From Haliotis cracherodii (Eukaryota), in NCBI RefSeq assembly GCF_022045235.1, contig NW_027266269.1:17174001-17238000 (forward strand): 64,000 nt of DNA. The letters run 5' to 3'. Numbering within the stretch: the first letter of the stretch is position 1; each line of letters opens with the position of its first letter. Positions 23,171-36,300 of the stretch are shown here, piece after piece. Position numbers and translations under genes: made by a program. The notes under the pieces were generated by a model. It worked only from the letters and a program-made list of their open reading frames with translations. It did not search any database and was not told where the DNA came from.

Positions 23171-26100
23171 TTCCACTAGAGGGAGAGAAACCACTTTCGG
23201 TAGGGGAAGATGACTCCCGCTGGCTTGGCGGCCAAAGAGCACGCTTACACTACTCACATGTTTTGTAAGTTATGAAAGTTCTTAATGAAGACAATATTTG
23301 TTGCTATTGTGGGTTCCTTCACCAGTATCAAGTCTGGACTATACCACAGAAAGACACTGTCACTACAGCAGATTCTCTCGGATGCACATTGGGAAGGTCC
23401 ATGGACACAGAGCAAGAACGGCGTGCTTCATTAACGTGTTGCGTGGCCACATCATGTTTGCTACTGACTGTTGCCCAACAAATCCAGAACCAGCCATGTG
23501 CGCCTGTTCATCTCTTGGAAGATGTCCCTCCGTGAACAGTCGGTGTACAGCCAACCCCAGACTGCATTTAGACGGACGTCGAAGCTGACAACCACTATGG
23601 TAGACTAACACGCCCGCTTCCCTGCTCGGATCTGGAACCATCATCTCATTGTTGGTCCTCGGACCAACAACTAACTTAAAGACTTTCATGGACGTCTGAA
23701 AAATAAAACAGCATCTAGGAGTTCCCGATGCAAATAAAAATAGGTTGAGGCTGCAGACAGAGCCAAGTGGCTGCGGATGGATCATAATGTCACATTACTC
23801 TCAGCCTCTATCAACTCAGTGAACAGGACCAATACATCATGCGACTAAGGAAAACCTCCACTGCGGACTGAAAACCCCACTTGAGTTCCAGGAGGCTGCT
23901 AGTCGCCCTTTTAAGGGGAATTGAACTGAACATTGAAACAAGCAAATGAGGACTATATCAAACTGAACTCTAAATCCAAATGTTTTGATAAACTCAAGAA
24001 AAGAAAGACTATATCCCCAGACTATATGATAATATGTGTTTCACACACCAATTGTTGTTATTCTATATATGTTATTAAAATATATAATCTGTCTATACCT
24101 GGTCCAGTTCATTTGTATAAAAGGTTACTACGTGGCGACTACAACCACTAGACCCCGACGTGTTTTAAGACTGTTGGCGACATGGGATGTAGGCCGACAG
24201 GGAACACACTCTTGCTAGATTATAACACGATCAAGCACAAGACTACTGACATTTGTGACGACAAGAGGAACTGATTATCTTCATGGGGAAGACTAACGAT
24301 GGAATGCGATGATGCTTTTTTCTGAAACCCGATTAAATGAGCCTTGTCTACTACTAGGGCCTTACCTCTGCATGTGGTGTTGTATGCCGAACATCTTGGT
24401 CGTATGGGCACTCCTGCTCATATTCTTAAAGGTTTCAAACGGGTGGATCGTTTCTTGCATTTGGCGATGTCAGTGGGCCCTGGTCCTTTATCATACTTTG
24501 TCTACTTACATGAACAACTGTAAAACACTAATCAAACATAGTTCACATTCTACTACCACTAAAGTGGAACAAAGAAACGAGAGGAAATATACTTCCACAC
24601 ATTAACACAGCATTGTGCCCGAAACTGCCATGTACTTATCATGTCATATGATTCCACACCATCCCCATGCACCTCTCGTTTTCCATCTGTACATTAATTG
24701 AAGGAACGCCACACGTGGACCCTTGTATTTGTCATGCGCACATTTAGTAGCGACAGATGTTAGATCTGATTGCCTCAAATACAATAACTACATTTAAATA
24801 CATTACCCGTGGTCGCAGGGACGCTACAGAACATTGCTAGGATACAGGGTTAGGAGAACCACACAGGTAGGTAAACATATATTCGCGCTTGAATTCCTAG
24901 CCATAAGTGTATGATAGGACTTGCAGATAGGGCAACATGGTGAGGTGGTCGACTAAGGCGCCGCAATAAGCTTGCAATCTACTCTGAAGTGACTCTGTAC
25001 CAAACACCTGGCGCTATCGTGCCTGAAGTGACTCTGTACCAAACGCTGTATGTGTTCTCGACTCTGACGTCAACCTGTTCATTAGCTCCAAGTGAAACGG
25101 TACTCAAGGGCCGCATGAAAGTGGCTAGATACATGTCTGTTGTAAACATAAAACGTGCACCTGTACACTGTAATAAATAATTGCCGAAAAAAAACATTTT
25201 TGTTATATTCCTGTCAGCACTTTGGAATAAAAATAAATAATGGTGTCTATTTTATGTTTAAAACCTCTTAATTGAAATACAATTGACCAAAAAAGTACGT
25301 TTATCAATAATTCGCAATTGTCTTATTTAATAATGGTTGCGCTTTCTTAAAAAGTTGTCATACATCTACAATAACCTTTTACGTTTCATTTCCACATTGC
25401 GATATTTTATGTTAACCAAGGGAGGTAACTATCAATTACTCGTGTTTGTTTATGGCTGCAAGAGGTGACTATACGGAGATTTGATATCTACGACCTCCAG
25501 GCTTGGATTCACTGAAGGCATCGAAGATACAATCCAAAAAGTAATGTCCTATGCTTATTTTTATTAGCTAGGTATATGATTACGTAGGATATCTTTTTTT
25601 CACTTTAGGACGAAATAAGAAAGAAGTTACGCCGAGAATAGTAAATATCGGCTGAATATGTAGCCTAGGCTGATAGTGATATATAGGTAAGTCGACTTAT
25701 AACAAGAGTAAACTTATCAAATGAAACACTTATATTGGTCGGCGGTCTAAACTTGCAAAACAGGTGTTGTAATGAACTGTTAAATGCATCTGATGACGTG
25801 GATTTAATGCAGCTCTTGCTGGAATTTACGTGTTTTGAACAAGTGAAATGCAGACGTTGATCTATAAGACTAGGCTCCAGGCCTAGCGTGTGCTTGGTAC
25901 AAGGTCCAATCACGGAAAGAAAGTTAGTGGGACTTCGTCTGATTGTTTGGTCACGGATGTCAAGGCATGATGATGAATGGGGAGACCGACCTATCCATAA
26001 GTTCCCGTCAAACACGTACACTACACAGGTGTTCATATGCATGATTTGACCTGAATTCAGAATCATTGAGTTGGTGTGTGCAGCCATTTTTGCTTGTTGA

Positions 26101-26948
26101 AAGGTTATGATTAGATGACTTGAAACCATAATCTGATTCATACTGAATTTCCATATTTTGCACAGGTCTTTTAGCAGCCCGAAATTCAGACAAGATCCCT
26201 TACACAGGCCTGATATTTAACAAACATGTAATCTTGTTTACAATGAGTAATCATGTACACTTATTGTTTTATGTTGATTTTTCCAACTATCCCATTTATG
26301 CATTGGTGAAAAGATATCTTTAAGGAGAGTACTATAGCCTGAAAATGCAGAAACAGCCTGAAAAACTTGCACAAAAAATGTAAATTTGTATTACTGATTA
26401 AATCTCTATTGATGTATTTCAGTAACTCCTGTAGTTTACATTGGAGATTATGTTTTCATGTGAAAGGGTTCTTCTAAAAAATGCATTTAATGTCACTGGC
26501 TATAAGTTAGTTTACATTGTTATAAATTAACATGTTTCATAATAGTGGAGCTCAGGTTTTTTATATCTGAGGCCCATTAGATGTCTCGGTTTTCATGAGG
26601 ATCATGGTAAGGACACAATCTCCATGTTTACATTAATCCTTAAATTCTGACATACTTGTTTGTTCTCAAATTGTAGTTCTCCATTTGCAATTGATGGTGT
26701 TAAAACATAACTTGGCCTACCTTTAGAATTCAGAACCACATATGTTGCTATACCCTATGATACCATTTGTGAAATTTTGTTGCAAGGTACACCATGGTAC
26801 TTGTAATGTCAGCATGGCAACAGGGTTGCTGGGGTCTTCAAGTGGCTCCTTTCAGTGATCTATCATTGCTACATGTAATGCCAATGTCACTGAACAAACC
26901 TGGCAATGTTGAGATGTTTTTATTTTCATCATATTTTGTTTCAACTTA

Positions 26949-27289
26949 CTATATTTGGTGTAATAAGCGCCCAGGGAGCTCTCAAAATTAGAAATATGGG
27001 GCTCTTATTAGAATATTATTTTGGTGAAAAAAAACAGAGTTGAAAGATACATTTTGTGGTTTATATTGACAGCCTGAAATGTTTATGTACGACTTATATT
27101 TTTCTACAATTTAATTGCCCATAATTAAGGGTGCATATAACACGAGTGCGTATTGTACGTGACTAAATAAGTCTTGTGAACATTGATCAATCGGAAGGGG
27201 TGCTAATGGGGATTGTTCACTTTCCAATATATTTGCAAATTCCGCCATGGGCGCTTATTAGAGCGGGGCGCTTGTTACGTCAAATACGG
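26949..27289. mobile_element. Tc1/mariner(pogo)-type MITE, CCGTA...TACGG termini, TA TSD
   Basis: TAATAAGCGCCC / GGGCGCTTATTA subterminal motifs; second copy at 55826-56092. Confidence 0.75.
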
Positions 27290-27670
27290 TAATTCATGCA
27301 GCTAAAAGGATTATATTTGGGAACTAATGATTCAAATTTTAGCTGTATATTTTCTGTACACAATAACAGCAATAGAGCAAGATGTCTACTGCAGCTACAT
27401 TGCTCAGATATGACTCCAAAGTCCACTCACCCTCACGGCATCAGTAGCCATGCATATGCCTTCCCCAGTACTATGATCCATGTTAAAGATCATTAAGATG
27501 AGAAGTTGCAGTGCTGAATTCTGGAGGTACTCCAATAATTTTCATTCCTGTACTAATTTGCATGATTTCATTGACTAATTGAAAAACATTTACCCACAAT
27601 GCAGATTAATCATGATCATAATTACTACTTTGCAAACATTATCACAACACTTATATTGACACACAAAATA

Positions 27671-28854
27671 CGTGGGATGTTCATTAAGGGTTTCCCCTGA
27701 CCCCACTTCCGATGGACCTAGTGGATTGAAACTTGGCATAGGTATTAGTCTTTCTCCAGATAGGAACCACGAAGAGTTACGCACTTCTCCCATTGTTTTA
27801 TGCAACTATGGAGACCTTGCTTGTAAAAGCCCTCATTTTGCGTCTCAAACCAGGACTTGACTTCAGAAATCAGTGTTTCATCTGTGAAAAGTTTTCCCTT
27901 CAAAAATGACTTCATGGTTGGAAAGAGGTGGAAGTCAGATGGTGCAAGGTCAGGAGAGTAAGGAGGATGTGGAAGGATTTCATAGCCACAGGACCGCGCT
28001 TCTGTCTGGGCAACATGAGAGTGTGTACTGGAGCATTGTCTGGCAGGTGACGGACACCCTTGGTCAGCATGCCACACCTTTTAAGCTTGATAGCGTCCCA
28101 CAATTTCCGCAGCAGTGAAGCATGATAAGCTCCTGTAATTGTGGTACCCTTTGCCAAGAAATCCATCATCACTACTCCGTGCTGGTCCCAAAACACTGTG
28201 AGCATGACCTTGCCTGCAGAGGGTTGGACACGTACCTTCTTTGGGGGTGGTGACCCCACATGCTTCCATTGCATCGACTGAACTTTAGTCTCAGTCTCCT
28301 TTGAGCAATTGACTCGTTCCTGCTTTTGGAAAGGTGTGAGCAACCTGGGAATCCATCGTGCAGACATCTTATGCATGTTCAAATTGTCATGGAAGATCAT
28401 GACATCTTGTGCTAACTGACGAACAGTTATACGTCGGTCTGCCAAAATGGCGGTCTCCACTTGATGGATAGTGTCCTCATCAATGGCTGAATGGGGGCGA
28501 CCAGGAATAGCAGTTGTTTCCACAGATGTCCGACCACACTTGAACTGGCGATGCCAGTGTTTAACAACATCATATGATGGGGCATCTTCCCCATAAGTTG
28601 CTTTCATTTCATCGAAAGTTTCTTTTGGTGTGCAACCTTTCAAATATAAAAACCTAATCACTGCTCGGTATTCTACTGGCTCCATTGTCACTACCTACTC
28701 GATCATAACACCTGTAAAAGTGTTAAGATTAATAGTTCGGTGCTGCAAATTCAGACATAACCCATAGATACATGTATCATTACACATGTGAAATTTCAAC
28801 CAAATATGATAACCCTAAGTGGTTTAGGGGAAATCTTTAATAAACAACCCCTCG
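27671..28854 (-). mobile_element. Mariner transposon, internally deleted and frameshifted
   Basis: ORFs 27912-28691 and 27745-28077 carry the HTH, WIPRLL, GKVMLTVFWD, DNA.VH and YSPDLAPSDFHLF motifs. Imperfect TIRs of about 38 bp are flanked by TA. Confidence 0.95.
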
Positions 28855-29101
28855 TATGTTATATTTTTGTGTGCTGGTTCCATTTGACATCTGTGGTGCA
28901 TCAGGAATGTTTTTTACACATTGCACCCATATGGAGAATCAAAGCTTTAGCCACTATGCTGCCCTTTTGTGGACAAATATAGGTATTTTATAATTATGCT
29001 TCAGCTATTTTATCTTATGTTTTACAGATAAAAGGGGTTGATAAATGTTACCCAAATACATGTAATGTATCAATGCAACTAAATTTTGTTTGGAAGAAAC
29101 C

Positions 29102-29516
29102 CTATCTCATTGAAATCTGATCTTAGTTCTCGCTATTGTAAACAATGATCTGAGGACATCCCATTACAGGTTACATCATAACGACCTTTCATCCGACCAA
29201 TCAAAGCGTTGCTTACCAGATCATGAAAGTGACAGTTGGAATGTGTTTTCTAATCATGCAACCTTGAAAATGTTAACGAGGGGAATTCCAAACAACAGTT
29301 ATGGCCCAAAAATTTTAATCAATTTTAATCGAGAACTGTGAAATCGTCAGGTTGAAACGAAAGCTGCTTTCTAATTGGCTGATGTCGACTTCTTGTTTGT
29401 CATTTCAGTGGTCAGTCAAAGTTCGCGAAAGGGCGTTTTGAAGTGACCCGTAATGGGATGTCCTTAGATCTTTGTTTTGTGGCAGCGAGAACTTAGATAT
29501 GATTTTAAGGAGATTG
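29102..29516. mobile_element. MITE with about 85-bp TIRs and a 9-bp TSD (Mutator-like)
   Basis: Long imperfect inverted arms; TSD GAAGAAACC at 29093-29101 and 29517-29525. Confidence 0.8.
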
Positions 29517-32500
29517 GAAGAAACCTTGAAAATTAATTTTGCTACACTGACAGCAATGTTCAAAACAGTTATCTGCCTGTTATCCTGTGACCATTATAGA
29601 CTGTCAATATGAGCCATATAGCAACCATATTAACAATGACTAATGGTGTCTCTTTGTTATAGCACATGTTAACTGTTGTGAAGCATTGTCCATCCCCTGT
29701 CCTGTCATACATCTGTTGTATCTTGTTTGACATATCCCATGAAGCTGAAACACTAGATAATCCTAGCAGCAGTGCTCACAGGATTCCTATCTCGCTTCAA
29801 ACATGGCTGCTTCAGCATCCATACTGAAAATGTCAATTTGGCCCATAAGCATGCTGGGACCTATTTTCTATGTTTTTGAAAAAAAGTGTGGTTTACAATT
29901 ATAGAGTGGCAGCGGCAGTACCTGTCCAGTGGCAGTAGCCAGACACTCACCAAAAATTTATTTATAGCTACATGTAATTAGGTAAACCAATAATATCCAA
30001 AATTAACAGGCCTGCATAATCCTCTTCCTGCAAAGACCATTAAAACATATGTCTGCAAGAGATAACTTTCTATATATAAACCGTCCAGGATCCACCCTTC
30101 TTACATTATTGCTAAGCAATATTATTTCAGGTTTTAAGCTAGTGTATTCCACACGACTCATTTTAGACGACCTTTGGTGTATGATAGGACTTTAAGTGAA
30201 TGTAACAGCATTCCACGAAAGACAATCCCTGAAAAACACTAACTAGTACTACATGTATTAAAGCTGTGTCTGGATACTACCTTGATGAAAAACAGTTGTA
30301 AGGGAGTACACAGAATTTTTTTAAAGAAGAAGACAAAGTCATCAATATCCCCCACAATGGTAAATACTTGTCATGAATAAATATGTGAAACTTGTTGCCA
30401 TGGAAACTAAAACAATATTTAAGCTGTGGTTGTGTATTGAGGTGACATTTATTAAATCAATTTATTTGTTGAGTCAGTCAATCAATCAATCACCCTGTAA
30501 CAAATATATAACATGATATACAATACATACTATAACATTCAAAGATACGACTGCATATTGATTATATCATTCTTTAAGCAGTCACATTAATCCATTCATG
30601 TAACACATACAGTTACATATCACTAGTTCATTGTAGATAACTGTTATCATATTCAATTTGCAGGACTTTCAAATCAGTAATACATATATTAATTGTGTCT
30701 TATCATAACTGAATATATATGGGTTACACCCTATATAGTTAGAAGAATACCAGTAGCCATACGGCATCATTGATATATATACCAATTAATACCAAGAGTA
30801 GGAATGTATATAAAATGCTGCCACGTTGTGTTTCATTATAACACATAGATAATACATATGAATTCATACATAAGTGAGTGATAATTAAAGGATGGGTGAC
30901 ACCGGGATGTGTCTATTATAACCCACATCATGAGTGGCATTCCTATGAAAAATAAATAACTATCATACTTGAATATATATATACTTATCAATCATGGCGA
31001 CAATTACTTTAAGTTATGGAAAAAAACAACTTGTAATTCAATCCCTATATTCAAAACTACCAATCAAATCATGCTCTCACACATACATGCATGTTAATCA
31101 CTTTATACTGATAAAATAGAAGATATCTTGATTATTTGATATAATAGATAAGCGTTTACTATACTTTACATTATTGATTAGATATTTATAGATATATTAG
31201 AATTCTTTTTAGGAAAAGATAATGTAAATAACAAATCTGAGCTACTTGTAGTCCATGTCTTGTCTGTGCAAAGTTATAAGCAGAGTGACTAAAAAGTGTG
31301 TAAAGATAGGGAAGAAAGCTGTAGTTAAATAATGTTAATCAGCTAGGGTGGTGAAAGCTATTGTATTGACAAGCTAGAGAGTTTGTGACAAAGGAACAGG
31401 AATAGACTAACCTGTCCACCCTTAAAATAAAATGGACCAACTGCTTGGACTCTTAACCTAAACATATACATCTTATGCCACAACTATAATAAAGACTATA
31501 TAAAACTACTTGAAATAAAAAGCTAAAACTATATTCCTAAAACCTGTGTACACAATATCCTGTTACAGCAAGATAACAATGAAATCTTTATCTGCATACA
31601 TATCATAACAGATACTCAGATGTCTACATACTACTTATTCATATATTAAAGTGGATTTTCTTTAAAAATGTTCTTAATAATCTGGGTGTAATTATTTAAG
31701 AGTGCATGTTAATTTTTCGGATTGTTTTAAAAATCTATATAATCCATTCCTATTTTTGAGATCTACTGATGTAGTTTACAATAACATGTAGGAAGTGAGC
31801 CTTGTACCCGCCAACAGGTCTGACAGGAAAGCAATTAAGAACATGATGACAGATTTAGAGGATACACGCAGATATGATGTCATGAAATGACAAGTAGTTT
31901 CAGATATTGCAGGCGCCATGGTTGTTTATGTAACAAGACAGTTACTGATTATTTTAGCCTGATGTTTAGGGACAACAAAATTATCAGTATAACCCCATTT
32001 TACACCGAGAGGATGATGACCCATGATGACCTCCGTGAACTGGAGGCAGTGTCCATAGCTGGACTGTTTTTATTGTCTTTGCATTTTGGCCGAGGGGCAT
32101 ATTATCCAAGAACATATTAAATGTCTGCTGAATGCCAGGGTTGATCGAGATAACAGTTTGTGTTAATTTTATGATATTAATTTAGAATGAGATTAACAGT
32201 TTACTGTGAGTTACATGTGATATTATTGTTCAGATTTATTGTTTACCGCATCTGTTCAATTGATGAATCTGTCTGAGGCAGCTGCGTCAAAGTAAGCATC
32301 TGAAATATATCCAGTCAATTATGACAGGTCATGTTCACGATGAACTGTATGTTTCAATGCCTCCATTACTTTCTAATCTGTTTCCATGTATTTTGCAATT
32401 TTAAAAAAACCATGTGAAGTGTCTGACTACTGCCTCTCTGCTGTTTGGGAACAGCTGACTTTGTCCGGGTCCTACTGAAGCTGTTGTTAGGCTAATAGTA

Positions 32501-32985
32501 TCCAGATTAGGCTGAGCAAGACGTTCTTTGTCTGTTGGTAAATTTTGAAAACACGAGCAATTGTCTCGCTTGGTATCGCGAGGACAGATATGTGTCTGGG
32601 TACTGCCTCCCCAGCTCTGTTACCTGTGGGCAAAGTCAGGTGGTCAATTTGTTAATAAACACGATAAAAACAACTCATTTTATTATGTTGGTCTGTTTTG
32701 TAAACCAACTAGCTAAACATAAATGACCTTACTCCGCCATTTCTTAATATATTATAATGAAAATATATTATAATTGTTAACTAAATATTGATGAGTTATT
32801 GATAAAAATCGGAGAAGTAACTGAGCAAATATGCAAATAAAAAAATATTTCACTCCACTGGTGAGTGGTGGCATATCTATGACATTAGTGACAATATCAA
32901 GTCTGTTTTGGTAAATCTAAACTTTATTTCATCACAATAGATTATGTAAGATATTATCAATGACACAATTTTCATATTAACAATT

Positions 32986-33226
32986 GACCCATGAATATCC
33001 GGGGTAGAATAGGTCTTCAGCAACCCATGCTTGCCGTGAAAGGCAACTATGCTTGTCGTAAGAAGTGACTAACGAGATCGGGGGGTCAGACTCGCTGACT
33101 TGGTTGGTGCATGTCATTGTATCCCAATTGCATGGATAGATGCTCATGATGTCAATCACAGGATTATCTGGTCCAGCCTTGATTATTTGCAGACCCCTAT
33201 CTGTGCGGCATTGAACAACAAACAAA
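32986..33226 (+). mobile_element. V-domain SINE-like element, family B
   Basis: GACCC.TGAA 5' end and TGCTTGTCGTAAGA.G.GACTAA V-like domain; other copies at 38447-38703 (-), 47670-47930 (-) and 61546-61765 (+). Confidence 0.85.
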
Positions 33227-33350
33227 GTAACATATTGATAATTGTTAATATTTCTTCCAATAGACTATAATTCTGATTACCAATCTTTTTTGCTGCCCTA
33301 ATTTTTGCATGTTTTGAATTTTTAGATCATCTGATGTTCATCCTTACATG

Positions 33351-36300
33351 TAGTCCGGTAATTAAAGGTTTATTTTTCATGAAGGTTCAACAAAATTGAC
33401 GGAAAAGGTTTTTTAACACATTTCACTGCCTTGATAGGTCTACTTTAAAAAAAAAAATAGTTTACCAAAATTTGACTTGGGGAAACACCCAAAATAGGTC
33501 AAATCCAAGATGGCCGCCATCAATACAAACGAAAATCGAAAAAGTAAAAAAAAAAGAATCAATCAAAATCTAAAAATGGATGATGACTCTATTTATAATC
33601 AACTTCATAAGATTAAGACAGGGGAATATATATTTAACAATTTTAAAGTGAAATCTTACACAGAAATAAATTACGGCTGCCCGAAATGTGAAAAAAATGC
33701 AATTGTTCCATATCGGACTACAAAATACTTAACACAGGCTTATAAAGAGGGAATAACCCTGCAATACTACAGTTTACAAGTCAAACTTACTATCAATTTA
33801 AATGTCTAAAGTTCAAGACAGTCGCACTCATATATTGGACATGAAGAGACGATTATTCAGTAATGTCAGAGAAGTCATGACTTGGTCCATTTGAAAATGT
33901 CATCCCTTTGCATTGTCCACATGCTGAGGTACATTGTAGACAAAATAATTCTGCATGAGCATGTGTTTTCATCACACTTTCCAGTGCAATTGTATCTGAT
34001 TATTTTCAACAGAAATTTAGGAGTGACAGCTTGGTGCCTTGTGATTGGTTTCAATATAGTGCCCTTGTTGCTCTTGTGAAACGTCCAGCCCCATTCTGTC
34101 GCATCCATATTGTTGCCTAGCCAGGTCTGCACTTGGAGTCAGACTCGTTGGCTGGGCAATCTGGCAGCATCTGATGTCGGTGGAAGGTGTCGAAGGGGTA
34201 GGTAATTTGAGCTTGATACATACCTTCTCAGTGAATTTTGTCACACGTTCAGAATTCAAATCCAAGCCAGGCATACAGCCGCAGAGGATTGCAAGTGCCT
34301 GATTACCAGCCTGCTCGATTTCTGCATGGTTTCCACCTGTCACCATGAAAACCTTTGAATATTCCTGAGACCATCCCTATGCCATATGGCCTCAATGTTG
34401 TGTCGGTCCCTGACAATGCATGTACAAAGAGCAAAGAATGGCTGAGATTAGGATCAAGGATCATCTGTAGGATGAAGATGTCAGTGATCTTTGTACTTGT
34501 CTGAAGAAAGATGGCCTCCAGTTATTCTCTGATGGGTCTCATCCTTGGTAAAAAAAACACCACAATAACCATCAACACGATAAGAGCATTGCAGAAGTGG
34601 TTCCTCAAGAAATGAGCCCGCACAGCTTGTGACACAGATTTGCCGGACAACATCTGATCTGTACTACCCTCTGAATATACTTGAGTGATGATCTCCTTTA
34701 ACACAGATCCAGCCATCAGATTCCCAACTGTACCCACAAAACTCATCTAAGTATGGAATCCCCCCAAGACCAGGGCTATTCGATGCAAGGGGCTCTCAGC
34801 TGGCCGTGATTCGATGATCATGTATGCAATTCACCAAAGTTGCTGGTCGATTGTAATAACCGGTGTGATTCCATGTCGTCTGGCATATTTTGAAATATAC
34901 TCCAGCGTTGATCTGACACAGGATTCGTCACATGGTGTCAAGTTGATAATCAACAATATCTCAGAGCTCTTCCTGGGGTATGGAATGTCAGAATGGAGCA
35001 ATTGCGTGCAACCGGAACACAGTGGTCAACACACATAGAAGTGGCGCACTCCACAAACTATCTAGTTTGCTATTCTTTTCATCAAGACAGAAGTCACCAA
35101 TTGGTGAATAGATAATGTTCGCCAGCACTGCCTTTGGATTTCTTTGTGAGAATGGTTTGACACTGTTGATTTTTTTAACATCATCCAAGTCCACCTTAAC
35201 TCTTGGTACCCTCCGTCTCACCATCTCGCTCATAGTATGGATTGAGCCAGTCCCATCAAACTTTTTGCTGGCATGATCTATATAACCAGCCTGGTATTGC
35301 ACGAATGTATCTGCAATGTCTCTAATTAGGTGAACACCATGAGTGGTCACCGAGAATTTTCTAAATTTACGAGGAGCTGAAACCGAGTTGGCTTATCATA
35401 TCCACTAAATTACGATGACCATATATGTGTTATAGTGTGATACTTTGTCAAACTTGTCGAGGAGGCAGAAATGATGGGGACATTTCGAATGCATTATTGC
35501 CTGACCCAATGACGCAGCTCAGCTCTTGATGATAGTTTGAAGGAGGATGAGTAATGCATGTGGGAGGTAATCAAGATTGGTGTCAATCAATGCCATCTGC
35601 TCATTGTCGAGATACACATCAACATGTTTCGACATGCTCTCTACCTGCGTATGAATGTATCCTCCTCCAACTTTAATCAAACTGTCCATGTCAGATTTGT
35701 CCACCTTTGCAACATTTTCATATGCCGTAAGAGATGCAATGTTAGGTTGTTGCCTGATTTGTTATGAATACCTTGTTCCCATAGTGATTCATGAATTCCC
35801 TTTTCAGCTGAGAAGTAGTGTGTAGTTGATCATCACTCAGTGCACTCATTGACTTCATAATGTGATGCAAATTGTCCAAAGGAATCGTTTCATCATCATT
35901 CTCTTCCAAGTAATAAATGGCAATCTCAAATGCTGTCATCTAGGACATACACTTCGGTCGACCAAGTCTCCGTTTCTTTGGTGGAGCCTCCCCATGTTCA
36001 ATACAAGCTGCAGGTATACTTGTCCCTCTCCGAAAATTCTTATCACAAGCATGGTGATGGATAGCTTCTTCAGCTGGTAGATTGTATATGGGCACAATAC
36101 TTGACTGTACCATCTTGGTCCAATCATCTTGCCTGTTGACACAGTATGTTGCAGACATATGTTGAGTAACTGAAGAGCCATCGCAGGGCTGAAGTACACT
36201 TCTATATGGATGTTTGTACAAGTACCACATAGAAAACAGTGAGTTTTAAAATTTAAGGCTTTAACATATGATCAAAAGGTTTCAGCTACTTTGATTGCCT

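Larger units (their letters stand above)
19671..23254 (+). mobile_element. Truncated, decayed Polinton/Maverick-like endogenous viral element (right arm)
   Basis: pPolB C-terminus at the left, compact intronless GC-richer ORFs with individual promoters, subterminal repeats, and a terminal ACTACT at 23249-23254. Confidence 0.7.

Noticed and set aside
25400-26110. Possible promoter or non-coding first exon for SLC25A42 (donor-like gtaatg at 25541, YY1-like motif at about 26081)
   Set aside because: It cannot be linked to the gene without transcript data.
30100-31780. AT-rich stretch with hints of decayed LINE 3' ends
   Set aside because: Motifs are too degraded to support a call.
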